This document shows positions 26,880 through 36,021 of a stretch of DNA of 64,000 nucleotides, in pieces. Location: positions 36,965-100,964 of the forward strand of contig JBDHIS010000005.1 in the NCBI GenBank assembly GCA_039587315.1, in the 5' to 3' direction. The notes beneath the pieces are model-generated. The model ran no database searches, was not told the DNA's origin, and saw only the letters and a program-made list of their open reading frames with translations. The position numbers and the translations under genes were made by a program. The stretch comes from Gemmatimonadota bacterium. Its GTDB lineage: Bacteria; Gemmatimonadota; Gemmatimonadetes; Gemmatimonadales; GWC2-71-9. How positions within the stretch are numbered: the first letter of the stretch is position 1; each line of letters begins with the position of its first letter.

Positions 26880-27661
26880 GCTACTGGCAGGGACTAGTGC
26901 TCGGTGTGGTTCAGGGCCTCACGGAGTTCCTGCCGATCTCGAGTTCCGGGCACCTGGTGGTCGCCGAGGCGGCCGTGGGCTTGACGACGCCGGGAGTCGT
27001 GTTGGAGGTGGCGCTTCACGTGGCCACGCTGCTGGCCGTGGTGATCGTGTATCGAACGCGGCTTTGGCAGCTCACGCGGGGCGCGCTGAGCGGTAGCGGC
27101 TCTGCCTGGCGCTACATCGGGCTCCTCTTTCTGGGCTCCATCCCAGCTGCCCTGGTCGGCTTCGTCCTCGCGGACGTTTTCGAGCGCGCATTCGAGTCGC
27201 TGCTGCTCGTGGGGGTGGACTTCGTGGTCACCGGGTTTATCCTCTGGAGCACGAGGTGGATAAGGCCGGGCGCCCCGCGAGAGGAGCCCGGCGGAAGCGG
27301 GGCCTTCGGGATCGGAGTGGCGCAGGCGCTGGCGATTCTCCCCGGCATCTCGCGCTCAGGGGCCACCGTCGCGGCCGGACTTTGGCAGCGAGTTGACCCG
27401 GCGCGAGCGGCAGAGTTCTCGTTCCTGCTGGCGATCCCCGCCATTCTCGGAGCTGCCGTCCTGCAGCTGCCGAATGTGGCGGCGGATACCCAGAGCGTGG
27501 GGCTCGGCCCGCTGGCGCTGAGCTTCGCGGCGGCACTGGCATGTGGCGTGTGGGCGATACGCTTTCTCGTGGCGCTGCTCCGGAAGGGCGCGTTCCACCG
27601 CTTCGCGCCGTACTGTTGGGCGATTGGAGCAGTGACGGTGACATGGGCGCTGTTGGGCTGA
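26876..27661 (+). CDS. uppP: Undecaprenyl-diphosphate phosphatase
   Basis: GLTEFLPISSSGHL and PGISRSGAT motifs, 8 TM pattern. GTGA overlap with bshA. Confidence 0.9.
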   Translation: MSYWQGLVLGVVQGLTEFLPISSSGHLVVAEAAVGLTTPGVVLEVALHVATLLAVVIVYRTRLWQLTRGALSGSGSAWRYIGLLFLGSIPAALVGFVLADVFERAFESLLLVGVDFVVTGFILWSTRWIRPGAPREEPGGSGAFGIGVAQALAILPGISRSGATVAAGLWQRVDPARAAEFSFLLAIPAILGAAVLQLPNVAADTQSVGLGPLALSFAAALACGVWAIRFLVALLRKGAFHRFAPYCWAIGAVTVTWALLG

Positions 27662-28401
27662 GGCAGTACGACGGCGTCGCTCACGACGAGTTGGCGGTTC
27701 GGCTCGGCGTGAAGCGCTGTTTGGCCCTCGAGTCCGTCGCGAGCACGCTCGACGTCGTGCACGAGCTGGCGGCGGCCGGAGCGCCGGACGGAACTGTCGT
27801 GCTTGCCGATGAGCAAACGGCCGGACGGGGTCGACGCGGGCGGTCGTGGCAGAGTCCGGCCGGGACCGGAATCTGGTTGGGGTTCCTGGCGCGGCCGCGG
27901 GCCGAGTCGGAGCGCGGAGTGCTGGCATTGCGGGTTGGGCTCGCGGTGGTAGAGTCACTGGAGGAGCTCGGGGTCCAAGCGAGCCTCAAGTGGCCCAACG
28001 ACGTGGTCGTGAGCGACCGCAAGCTGGGTGGTGTGTTGTGCGAGGCGCGCTGGGCCGAGGGCCGCGCTAAGTGGGTCGCGATCGGCATCGGCCTCAACGT
28101 GCACCGGCCGTTGCCGCCGGAGTTGACGGGCCGGGCGATAGCTCTGGACGAGGTGGCGGCGGGCGCTACACGGCTTCAGGTTCTGGAGCGGCTGGCGCCG
28201 CGGCTCGGATCCTTGAGGGACGCGCCCTCGCTGGACGATGCGGAACTGGCAGCGTTCGAGCGGCACGACTGGCTGCGTGGCAGGGTGCTGGAGGCGCCGG
28301 TGGCCGGCACGGCCAGGGGAATAGACTCTGACGGGGCGCTCTTGGTGGAAACGGAGACAGGCGTGGAACGGATACTGGGGGGCAGTGTTGCCACCGCGTG
28401 A
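27643..28401 (+). CDS. birA: Biotin-[acetyl-CoA-carboxylase] ligase (group I, no DNA-binding domain)
   Basis: QTAGRGRRGRSWQSPAGTG biotin-binding loop, KWPNDV. Start trimmed to MGAVGLRQ. Confidence 0.85.
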   Translation: MGAVGLRQYDGVAHDELAVRLGVKRCLALESVASTLDVVHELAAAGAPDGTVVLADEQTAGRGRRGRSWQSPAGTGIWLGFLARPRAESERGVLALRVGLAVVESLEELGVQASLKWPNDVVVSDRKLGGVLCEARWAEGRAKWVAIGIGLNVHRPLPPELTGRAIALDEVAAGATRLQVLERLAPRLGSLRDAPSLDDAELAAFERHDWLRGRVLEAPVAGTARGIDSDGALLVETETGVERILGGSVATA

Positions 28402-29356
28402 ACTGCCGCTATGGGCGCGCGCCGTAGCGTCCGCGCTGCTGCTATTCGCCTCTTGGTGGCTGCTGGAGACGGAAACGCTTCGCGGCCTCGTGGGCTATGC
28501 GATCGCGCCGCTCAGCCTTGGGGTGGTGGCGGCGTTCATCCTGCAGGGGATGCATCTGCCGCTCGGGTTGTGGCCCAACGGACCGTGGCGCGACCGCTTC
28601 TCGATGGGCACGGTGGTAGCCGTTGCAGCGGTGTTCGCCGCGCTGATCCTGGCGGCGCGCCCGTATCGTCTGCCCGAGCTGGCGGCCGAACTCGAGCCCG
28701 GAATGGCCGTGCTCATAGTAGTGGGAGTGGTGGCCTGGGGTTTTGCCTGGGCGTTCGTCCATCAGCGCCGCTTCCTTCCATGGTACGGCGCAGCCGCCGC
28801 GGCCGCTCTGATTCCGTTCATGCTCGCCGTGTTTGCTCTGCTGGTGCGGGGTGAGTCGAACCTCTGCGTCCTCAGCACGACGGGGGCAGAGGGTGCGACC
28901 TGCGGAGCGACCGTCATAGAGGCGCTCGTGTTCCTCACCGCCGTCGGGTCGGCGGCTGGGCTCGTCACCAGCGAGCTGGCGTTCCGACGCCTCTTGGTCG
29001 GTCATCCCGACCGTGCGGGGCTCGTCCTCGTGTTGGGGGCTGCTCTCATCGCCACATTGTGGACGTTGCTGGTCACAGCCGAATCCCGACTGTTCGAGGC
29101 CCCCTGGTGGCTTTCCGCACTGGCTGCAGCTGGCGCGGGGAGCCTCTACGTGCTGTCGGGATCCCTGTTGGTCGCGGCTCTCTACTCGGGTCTCACGTTC
29201 GCCGGGTTCGAGGCGCTGCGTGTCGCCACACCCACGATGGAGGGTGCTCCGCCGGTCGTGGTCGGGTGGGAGTACACGGCTGCACACGCGATCGCCATCG
29301 TGATGCTCTGTCTGTTCGTAGCCCGCCGCAAGGGCATCCTGCGCGGCATAGTGTAG
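28385..29356 (+). CDS. Polytopic membrane protein, unknown function (weak CPBP-protease-like motif)
   Basis: About 8 hydrophobic helices. SELAFRRLL resembles the EExxFR CPBP motif with one Glu lost, and the later His motifs are not evident. Overlaps the birA end by 17 nt. Confidence 0.55.
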   Translation: MLPPRELPLWARAVASALLLFASWWLLETETLRGLVGYAIAPLSLGVVAAFILQGMHLPLGLWPNGPWRDRFSMGTVVAVAAVFAALILAARPYRLPELAAELEPGMAVLIVVGVVAWGFAWAFVHQRRFLPWYGAAAAAALIPFMLAVFALLVRGESNLCVLSTTGAEGATCGATVIEALVFLTAVGSAAGLVTSELAFRRLLVGHPDRAGLVLVLGAALIATLWTLLVTAESRLFEAPWWLSALAAAGAGSLYVLSGSLLVAALYSGLTFAGFEALRVATPTMEGAPPVVVGWEYTAAHAIAIVMLCLFVARRKGILRGIV

Positions 29357-29361
29357 CTCGC

Positions 29362-30141
29362 ATGCTGCTAGCGGTAGACGTCGGGAATACCGAGATCACG
29401 CTGGGGCTCTTCGCCGGCGAACGGTTGCTGGCACATTGGCGGCTCACCACCGACACATCCCGAACCCCGGACGAGTGGGCGGCAATGCTCACTTCGTTCC
29501 TCACGCACGCTGGGCATTCGACTCACGAGGTGCGTGCCGCGGTCGAGGCTTCAGTCGCGCCGGTGGTCACGGAGGTGTTGGCGGAGGGGATCGAGCTGGC
29601 CCTGGGATTGAGGCCGGTAACGATCGGACCGGACTCGGTCCTCGACATCACTCTCGACGTCGAGGAGCCCCAAAGCGTTGGTGCGGACCGCGTCGTGAAC
29701 ACGGTTGCCGCCGCTGCGCTGTACGCGCGCGACACGATCGTAGTGGACTTCGGCACCGCGACGACGTTCGACTGCATCACGAAGGACGGGACCTTCCTCG
29801 GCGGAGTCATCGCGCCCGGCGTGCGTACGGCGGCCGAAAACCTCTCACTCAAGGCCGCCAAACTCCCGGCCACGGAGCTGGTACCGCCGGAGCGAGTGAT
29901 CGGAAGACGCACCGAAGAGTGCATCCGCGCAGGCGTGTTGTTCGGCACCGCGGATTCGGTCGACGGCATCGTGCGCCGGATCAAGGACGAGTGGCCGACG
30001 GGCGACATACCCCAGGTGGTTGCCACCGGTGGTCTCGCCGATGTCGTCGCTCCGCTCTGCAAGGAAATAGAGACCGTCGAACCGCACCTCACACTGCTCG
30101 GTCTCAAGGTGGCGGCCGGGCGGTTGGGTCTGGAGTGGTGA
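29362..30141 (+). CDS. coaX: Type III pantothenate kinase
   Basis: MLLAVDVGNTEITLGLF, VVDFGTATTFD, and ATGG near the C-terminus. Start trimmed to ATG 29362. Confidence 0.9.
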   Translation: MLLAVDVGNTEITLGLFAGERLLAHWRLTTDTSRTPDEWAAMLTSFLTHAGHSTHEVRAAVEASVAPVVTEVLAEGIELALGLRPVTIGPDSVLDITLDVEEPQSVGADRVVNTVAAAALYARDTIVVDFGTATTFDCITKDGTFLGGVIAPGVRTAAENLSLKAAKLPATELVPPERVIGRRTEECIRAGVLFGTADSVDGIVRRIKDEWPTGDIPQVVATGGLADVVAPLCKEIETVEPHLTLLGLKVAAGRLGLEW

Positions 30142-30221
30142 GCGCGTAGCGGTAGACGGCCGGGTGCCGCGACCGCTAGATTTGCCGCGGCACGAGACGC
30201 GATGAAAAGGAAGAAGCGAAC

Positions 30222-30839
30222 ATGACCTCAGCAGCCGAACCCGCCGGAGCAGAGCACGCTGATGCCCGCACGATCATTACCGGGGGTATCAAGCTCGGAA
30301 TCCTGACAGCTGCCGGTGTCACGGTCTTCGCACTGCTCTCCAGGGCGATGACGGGCACGCCCGAGATCATCGTGCAGTCGCTGCTGGTGCTGGTCGGCGG
30401 GATCGCGTTCAGCTTCGTTCCGGCGCTCTGGGTGCAGCCGCGCAGCACCGACGGGATCGCCTGGACCGCACTCGTTGGTTTGTTGAGCGCGCTGACGTTT
30501 ACGGTGTTCGACACCGCGCTGCTCCGGCCCCTGGATCTGTATCACTGGACATGGGACAGGATCGGAGGCGGAAGCGGGTTCTGGTACATCCCGGTCTGGT
30601 GGATGCTCTCGGCCGTGCTCGCGTGGCTCGGCGGCTGGATCTGGGCGGCCGCCAGTCGGGACGGAAGGCCGGTGGGCCTCGCGAAGCTCGCCGGGCTGGC
30701 TGCCGCTATCTGCGCCGTCGTCTTTGCTATCCTCGCCCTGACGAGGATAGCGCCGGCCGGCCCCGCGGTGGTCGGACTGGCGTGGTTAGTCGCTCTCCTG
30801 ATCCAGCTCGTCGTCGCCCACTTTCCAGCGAAGCGGTGA
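30222..30839 (+). CDS. Membrane protein, unknown function
   Basis: 205 aa, 5-6 hydrophobic helices, AAGGAAG SD upstream. No recognisable family. Confidence 0.5.
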   Translation: MTSAAEPAGAEHADARTIITGGIKLGILTAAGVTVFALLSRAMTGTPEIIVQSLLVLVGGIAFSFVPALWVQPRSTDGIAWTALVGLLSALTFTVFDTALLRPLDLYHWTWDRIGGGSGFWYIPVWWMLSAVLAWLGGWIWAAASRDGRPVGLAKLAGLAAAICAVVFAILALTRIAPAGPAVVGLAWLVALLIQLVVAHFPAKR

Positions 30840-31105
30840 GCCACTCTCGCGCTAGCCAGTTTCTGAGACCTGTAGCCTGGCTGCTCACACCCGTGGTGGT
30901 GTGGGCGGCTTCCTTTTTTGGGGGATGGTTGGGCGCGCTGATCGCGGGCGTGCGCCAGGAGGGAGAGGCGGGCCCGTGGTGGATGGTCGTCGGAGCGATC
31001 GTGGGCGGGCTGCTCGGACTGGTCGCGTGGCTGCTCGCCATACGCTGGCTGTTACCCGTCGCGCCACCCGCTGTCGCGAAGGACGCTCGTCGAGGAGGCG
31101 AGTAG
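30836..31105 (+). CDS. Small (89 aa) two-TM membrane protein, unknown function
   Basis: GTG 30836 forms a GTGA overlap with the upstream stop. Only the C-terminal part of ORF 30551..31105 looks protein-like (two hydrophobic helices). Confidence 0.4.
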   Translation: MSHSRASQFLRPVAWLLTPVVVWAASFFGGWLGALIAGVRQEGEAGPWWMVVGAIVGGLLGLVAWLLAIRWLLPVAPPAVAKDARRGGE

Positions 31106-31113
31106 CGCAGTAC

Positions 31114-32286
31114 TCAAGCGTCACCGGCCAGGGCGCGGCCGGCTAGAAGGACGACGTTGTGGAAGTAGGCGGCGCCAAGGGCGAGGACCTGCTCGTCGAA
31201 CCGGAACCGGCTGGAGTGAGCGGGGAATGTCTCGCCTGCCGGACGCGCGCCGAACCGCACGTAGCATCCCGGAACTCGCTCGAGGAAGAACCCGAAGTCT
31301 TCGCCTCCCAGGTTCGGCCAGCGGAGCGGCTTGACGCCACCAGGTCCCACAGTCAGGGCAGCCGCGTCGCGCGCCAACGATGTGGCCTGCGGGGCATTGA
31401 GGACGGCCGGCGTCCCCGCGGTGATCTCCACCGTGACAGACACACCCTGCGCACCAGCGGTCGACTCCGCTATCTGCCGCACGGCATCCACGAGCTGACC
31501 TCTGACGGCGGGCTCCAGCGCCCGCAGCGTGCCGCGCAGTCGCGCTCGGCTGGCAATCACGTTGGACGCCGTGCCGGCATCGAACTGCCCCACGGATACG
31601 ACGGCGGCCTGACTCGGCTCCACGGAGCGCGCCACGATGGTCTGGAGGGCAGAGACTATCAGGCTCCCGGCCACGATCGGGTCGACGGTCTCGTGCGGCC
31701 TAGCCGCGTGTCCGCCGGGTCCAGTCAGCTCGATCAGGAACTCGTCGGTGGAGGCGTTCACCGCACCCTGGTGGACCACGATCTCTCCCGTGTCATACGC
31801 AGCGTCCAGGTGGCCGCCGAACACGAACTGCACGTCGTCCAGCACACCTTCCTCCATCATTGCCGGGGCGCCGGCGCCGGTTTCCTCCGCCGGCTGGAAG
31901 ATGAGCCGCACTGGGCAGGGTAGCTTCCCTTCGCGGCTTAGCAGTTCGGCGGCCCCGAGCAGCATGGCCGTGTGCCCGTCGTGACCGCACGCATGCATCG
32001 CTCCGTCGGTTTCGGAGGCAAACTCGAGCGCGGTCTCTTCGGTGATGGGGAGCGCGTCCATGTCGGCGCGCAGAGCAACCAGCGGGGCGCCGGCGGTTCC
32101 CTCGAGGTCGGCGATCACTCCAGTACCGGCTACGCCGCTCCGGTAGCGGATGCCGAGAGCGTCCAGTGTCTCGCACACCTTCGCGGCGGTGCGTTTCTCG
32201 TTCCAGGCGAGTTCGGGGTGCTGGTGCAGGTCGCGCCTGAGCGCGACGATCCGCTCGAACAGTTCCTTGTCGACGGGGGTTGTCAT
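31114..32286 (-). CDS. M20D-family amidohydrolase (N-acyl-L-amino acid amidohydrolase type)
   Basis: LHQHPELAWNE, LRADMDALP, MHACGHDGH, FQPAEE motifs. Confidence 0.85.
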   Translation of the reverse strand: MTTPVDKELFERIVALRRDLHQHPELAWNEKRTAAKVCETLDALGIRYRSGVAGTGVIADLEGTAGAPLVALRADMDALPITEETALEFASETDGAMHACGHDGHTAMLLGAAELLSREGKLPCPVRLIFQPAEETGAGAPAMMEEGVLDDVQFVFGGHLDAAYDTGEIVVHQGAVNASTDEFLIELTGPGGHAARPHETVDPIVAGSLIVSALQTIVARSVEPSQAAVVSVGQFDAGTASNVIASRARLRGTLRALEPAVRGQLVDAVRQIAESTAGAQGVSVTVEITAGTPAVLNAPQATSLARDAAALTVGPGGVKPLRWPNLGGEDFGFFLERVPGCYVRFGARPAGETFPAHSSRFRFDEQVLALGAAYFHNVVLLAGRALAGDA

Positions 32287-33413
32287 GCGGTCTCACCTGC
32301 CGAGAAGGACTCCGAGCGCGTCGTGCAACCGGCGACGTAGTCGATGTCGATTTCCACGCCCATGCCGGGTCGGCCGGAAGGCACTGTGACCAGGCCGTCC
32401 TCCATGGTCCACTCCGGACTCACGATGTCCCGCTCCCAATACCTGCGGCTGGGACTCAGGTCGCCGGGGAGTTGGAAGTTGGGCAGGGATGCAAGGGCGA
32501 CGTTGTGCGCTCGTCCGACCCCGCTCTCCAACATGCCGCCGCACCACACGGGGATGCCGTGCTCAGCGGCGACTTGATGTATGGCCAACGCCGAGGTGAA
32601 CCCGCCCACCCGGCCGGGCTTGATGTTGATGACCCTGCCGCTTCCCAGCACCACCATGTCGGCGGCCCGCTCCGGCTCGGTGATCGATTCATCGAGACAG
32701 ATGGGGGTTTCGAGGCTGCGCTGCAGTACTGCATGGCGTACCAGGTCGCCCGGCGCCAGCGGCTGCTCCAGCATCACGAGACCGAACGCGTCCAGCTCCC
32801 GTAGGTGCTCCGTATCCGCCGGAGTGTACGCCGCGTTTGCGTCCACGCTGAGCGCTGTATCGTCCCCGACTGCGGCACGCACAGCCTCCACGTACGCCAG
32901 GTCCATTCCGGGCGCAATCTTGAGCTTCACGCGCCGATAGCCCTCGTCCCTGGCGGCGACCGCCTTCTCGGCCAACCGAGCCGGGCTCTCCTGGATGCCG
33001 AGCGAAATCCCGGTCTCCACCCGTTCCCGGGTGCCTCCCAACTGCTCCGCCAGCGACACGCCTCGGAGCCGCGACGTGAGCTCCCAGGCCGCCATTTCAA
33101 CGGCGGCGCGCGCCATGTGATGGCCTCGGATGGCCGAGAGCGTGCCGTACACTTCGGTCGGATGCTCAAACTCACGTCCCACCACCAGAGGGGCGATCCA
33201 ACGCCGGATGGCGAGCCAGGCGGTGTCCACCGTTTCCGGCGAGTAGTTGGGATGCTCGCCGGCCACGCATTCGCCCCATCCGCTCACCCCGTCGGCGTTC
33301 TGGAGCTCGACCAGGAGTACCCGTCGGTCACGGCAGACGCCCGAGGAAATCCGGAAGGGCTCCTTCAGGTCGAGCTGGATCTCGCGCACGGTGAGCCTGG
33401 CTATTTCAAGCAC
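32283..33413 (-). CDS. Enolase-superfamily o-succinylbenzoate synthase / N-acylamino acid racemase (NSAR-type)
   Basis: KxK motif RVKLKIAPG, metal ligands in VDANAAY / MLEQP / CLDES, second catalytic Lys region NIKPGRVGG, CGGMLESGVGRA. Confidence 0.85.
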   Translation of the reverse strand: MLEIARLTVREIQLDLKEPFRISSGVCRDRRVLLVELQNADGVSGWGECVAGEHPNYSPETVDTAWLAIRRWIAPLVVGREFEHPTEVYGTLSAIRGHHMARAAVEMAAWELTSRLRGVSLAEQLGGTRERVETGISLGIQESPARLAEKAVAARDEGYRRVKLKIAPGMDLAYVEAVRAAVGDDTALSVDANAAYTPADTEHLRELDAFGLVMLEQPLAPGDLVRHAVLQRSLETPICLDESITEPERAADMVVLGSGRVINIKPGRVGGFTSALAIHQVAAEHGIPVWCGGMLESGVGRAHNVALASLPNFQLPGDLSPSRRYWERDIVSPEWTMEDGLVTVPSGRPGMGVEIDIDYVAGCTTRSESFSAGETA

Positions 33414-34212
33414 CCGACTGCTCCGCTAGCTGCAACACGTAGTAGCAGCGACTCCTGTCGGGCGAGCGCTCGAACGCGGTGATCCTGTAGCCCGACCCGA
33501 GGTAGTGCGCGAAGGCCCTGCGCGTGCTGGCGCGCCAAGCCAAGGCGACCTTGGGTTGATTGATCTTGAGCGATTGGACGTCTGGGGGTACCTCCACTAG
33601 CACGGCCGGGGCGTCCGCCAGGTCGGGCTCGGCGCCGACCGCACCGCTGGACACGACCGGCGTGACCTGCGGCAGCTCGGGCGCAGTGGCAGGAGGGCTC
33701 TCACCGGAGATCATCCATTCCACCACGAGCCTGTCGGTGCCGATCACGCTGTCTGTCCTGCTCATCGGGTTCTCGCCGTACATCCCCTCCACGTACTCCA
33801 GCACCCGAACCCTGAGGCGGTTCAGGTTGAGGTGCGCGTTGCGCGCGACGAGCGGGTCGAACGTCCACAGGACCGAGTCCACGCCGAGCTCGAGCAGACG
33901 TTGCCGCTGGTGCTGCTTCAGGATCCGTCCCACGCCGGCGTCCCGCCGGTCCTCCCGCACCGCCAGCATGTGCGACCAGTGGGTGAGGCGGCCCGCGCGG
34001 ACCCCGGTGATCCCGAAGACGAATCCGACCAACGTCTGCTCGTCGTCGAAGGCGCCCACCGCCAGGCCACCCACCTTCTGAGCTATCTGCAGCACGGCTG
34101 GCGGGACCAACTCGCGGAAGTCGTCCCCCCACGTAGCCCGCTGTAGAGACAGGCACTGCTCCACGTCGTCAGGCGCTACGAGGTCGCGCAGCTCGAGCTC
34201 TTCAGGCCTCAT
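33406..34212 (-). CDS. GNAT-superfamily acyltransferase
   Basis: 268 aa; MLAVREDRRDAGVGRILKQHQRQ acyl-CoA-binding beta4-alpha3-like block. Overlaps the racemase start by 8 nt. Substrate not determinable. Confidence 0.65.
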   Translation of the reverse strand: MRPEELELRDLVAPDDVEQCLSLQRATWGDDFRELVPPAVLQIAQKVGGLAVGAFDDEQTLVGFVFGITGVRAGRLTHWSHMLAVREDRRDAGVGRILKQHQRQRLLELGVDSVLWTFDPLVARNAHLNLNRLRVRVLEYVEGMYGENPMSRTDSVIGTDRLVVEWMISGESPPATAPELPQVTPVVSSGAVGAEPDLADAPAVLVEVPPDVQSLKINQPKVALAWRASTRRAFAHYLGSGYRITAFERSPDRSRCYYVLQLAEQSGA

Positions 34213-34381
34213 CCTGCTCCGGTTCGATTGACTCAGAACCTTAGCGCGAACTTGCGGTGATGTCGAATCGCACTTTTGTTATTGCGGACGTGGTGAGACG
34301 CGCGCCGGCAGTCGAGCTCGTGGTCGTGGCCGCCGATCCTTCGCGCCGGAACTTTGGAGTCAGCCAGGTGCTGGAGATCCG

Positions 34382-36001
34382 ATGAAAGCCCAGAGAACGC
34401 TACACCGCCTTGCGGCGTTGGCCGCGGCAACTTGTGCTCTATTGCTGGTACCGGCCGTCGCCGCGGCGCAGGACCAGGGCGTCGCGCCCGGCCCCGACCG
34501 CGGTCCGGGCGAAGGAGACGGCCCGTTCGAGCGGCTCATCATCCGTGGAGCGACGATCGTGGACGGCACCGGGGCACCGGCGCGCGGTCCGATGGACATC
34601 GTGATCGAGGGCAATCGCATCGTGGCGGTGCGCAGCGTGGGTGCGCCCGGCGCGCCGATCGACGCTGACAGGAGGCCCGGTGATGCGACCTTCGAGCTCG
34701 ATGCCGAGGGGATGTACGTGCTGCCGGGGTTCGTGGACCTGCACGGCCACGTGGGAGGACGCCCGCAAGGGACCACTGCGGAGTACGTGTACAAGCTCTG
34801 GTTGGCACACGGCGTCACTACGGTACGGGAGCCGGGCTCCGGCAACGGGGTCGATTGGACACTGAACGAGAAGGAGCGCTCGGCCGAGAACGCGATCGTG
34901 GCGCCCCGGATCTTCGTGTACGCGCGCCCGGGTGCGGGTTGGGACAGAGGCCCTGTCCTCACGCCGGACGACGCGCGCGATTGGGTGCGGTGGGCCGCTG
35001 ACCAGGGCGTGGACGGTCTCAAGCTCGTCTCGTACGACCCCGAGATCATGGCGGCACTGATAGAAGAGGCGACCAGTCGGGGAATGGGGACCGCGGCCCA
35101 CCTCGGCCAAATGGGAGTCGCGCGCATGAACGTGCTGGACGCCGCCCGACTCGGGTTGACGTCGATGGAGCACTGGTACGGATTGCCCGAAGCGCTGTTC
35201 GACGACCGCTCGGTGCAGGACTTTCCATACGACTACAACTACAACGACGAGTACCACCGCTTCGGTCAGGCGGGTCGCCTGTGGAAGCAGGCCGCTCCGC
35301 AGGGGAGTGAGCGGTGGGACGCCGTGATGGAGGAGTTGCTCGAGCTGCGGTTCATCCTCGATCCCACGATGACCATCTACGAGGCGACACGCGACGTGAT
35401 GCGTGCCCGGCGGGCGGAGTGGCACGACGTCTACACTCTGCCGTCGCTATGGCAATTTTACCAACCCAGCCGCGAGAGCCACGGCTCGTTCTGGTTCGAC
35501 TGGACGACCGAAGACGAGATCGCGTGGAAGCGCAACTTCCAGCTCTGGATGGCCTTCGTCAACGAGTACAATAACCGCGGCGGGCGGGTGACGACCGGCT
35601 CCGACGCCGGCTTCATCTACAAGCTCTACGGCTTCGGCTACATCCGGGAGCTGGAGCTATTGCAGGAAGCGGGACTGCACCCGCTGGAGGTGATCCGCTC
35701 CGCGACCATGTATGGGGCCCAGGCGATCCTGGAGCCCAAGGGTGAGGCGATCGAGTTCGGAGTGGTGCGGCCGGGCATGCTGGCCGACCTCGCAATCGTG
35801 GAGGAGAACCCGATTCACAACCTCAAGGTCCTCTACGGTACGGGAACCGAACGCCTGAACGACGAGACCGGCGAGGTCGAGCGGGTCGGTGGGGTGCGCT
35901 ACACGGTCAAGGACGGGATCGTGTACGACTCGCGCAGCCTGTTGGCGGACGTAGCGCGGATGGTCGAGGCCGCAAAGAGCGCGGAGGCCACGGCGCCGTA
36001 G
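34382..36001 (+). CDS. Secreted amidohydrolase-superfamily metallohydrolase
   Basis: Signal peptide MKAQRTLHRLAALAAATCALLLVPAVAAAQ, HxH metal motif PGFVDLHGHV, C-terminal VRPGMLADLAIV typical of the family. Confidence 0.8.
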   Translation: MKAQRTLHRLAALAAATCALLLVPAVAAAQDQGVAPGPDRGPGEGDGPFERLIIRGATIVDGTGAPARGPMDIVIEGNRIVAVRSVGAPGAPIDADRRPGDATFELDAEGMYVLPGFVDLHGHVGGRPQGTTAEYVYKLWLAHGVTTVREPGSGNGVDWTLNEKERSAENAIVAPRIFVYARPGAGWDRGPVLTPDDARDWVRWAADQGVDGLKLVSYDPEIMAALIEEATSRGMGTAAHLGQMGVARMNVLDAARLGLTSMEHWYGLPEALFDDRSVQDFPYDYNYNDEYHRFGQAGRLWKQAAPQGSERWDAVMEELLELRFILDPTMTIYEATRDVMRARRAEWHDVYTLPSLWQFYQPSRESHGSFWFDWTTEDEIAWKRNFQLWMAFVNEYNNRGGRVTTGSDAGFIYKLYGFGYIRELELLQEAGLHPLEVIRSATMYGAQAILEPKGEAIEFGVVRPGMLADLAIVEENPIHNLKVLYGTGTERLNDETGEVERVGGVRYTVKDGIVYDSRSLLADVARMVEAAKSAEATAP

Positions 36002-36021
36002 GCCCCCGCGTCGGCTGTGGG

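Noticed and set aside
30142-30221. Possible terminator hairpin after coaX (GCGGTAGACGGC...GCCGCGACCGC).
   Set aside because: The stem is interrupted and short, and no T-tract follows. It is too weak to call.
30551-30835. N-terminal 95 codons of ORF 30551..31105.
   Set aside because: This part overlaps the better-supported membrane-protein gene 30222..30839 in another frame and translates to an Arg-rich nonsense-like string. Only the part from GTG 30836 was kept, at low confidence.
34213-34381. Divergent intergenic region inspected for a riboswitch or known regulatory RNA.
   Set aside because: It contains only short imperfect inverted repeats and a TTGACT hexamer. I recognised nothing matching a riboswitch class, so it was left unannotated.
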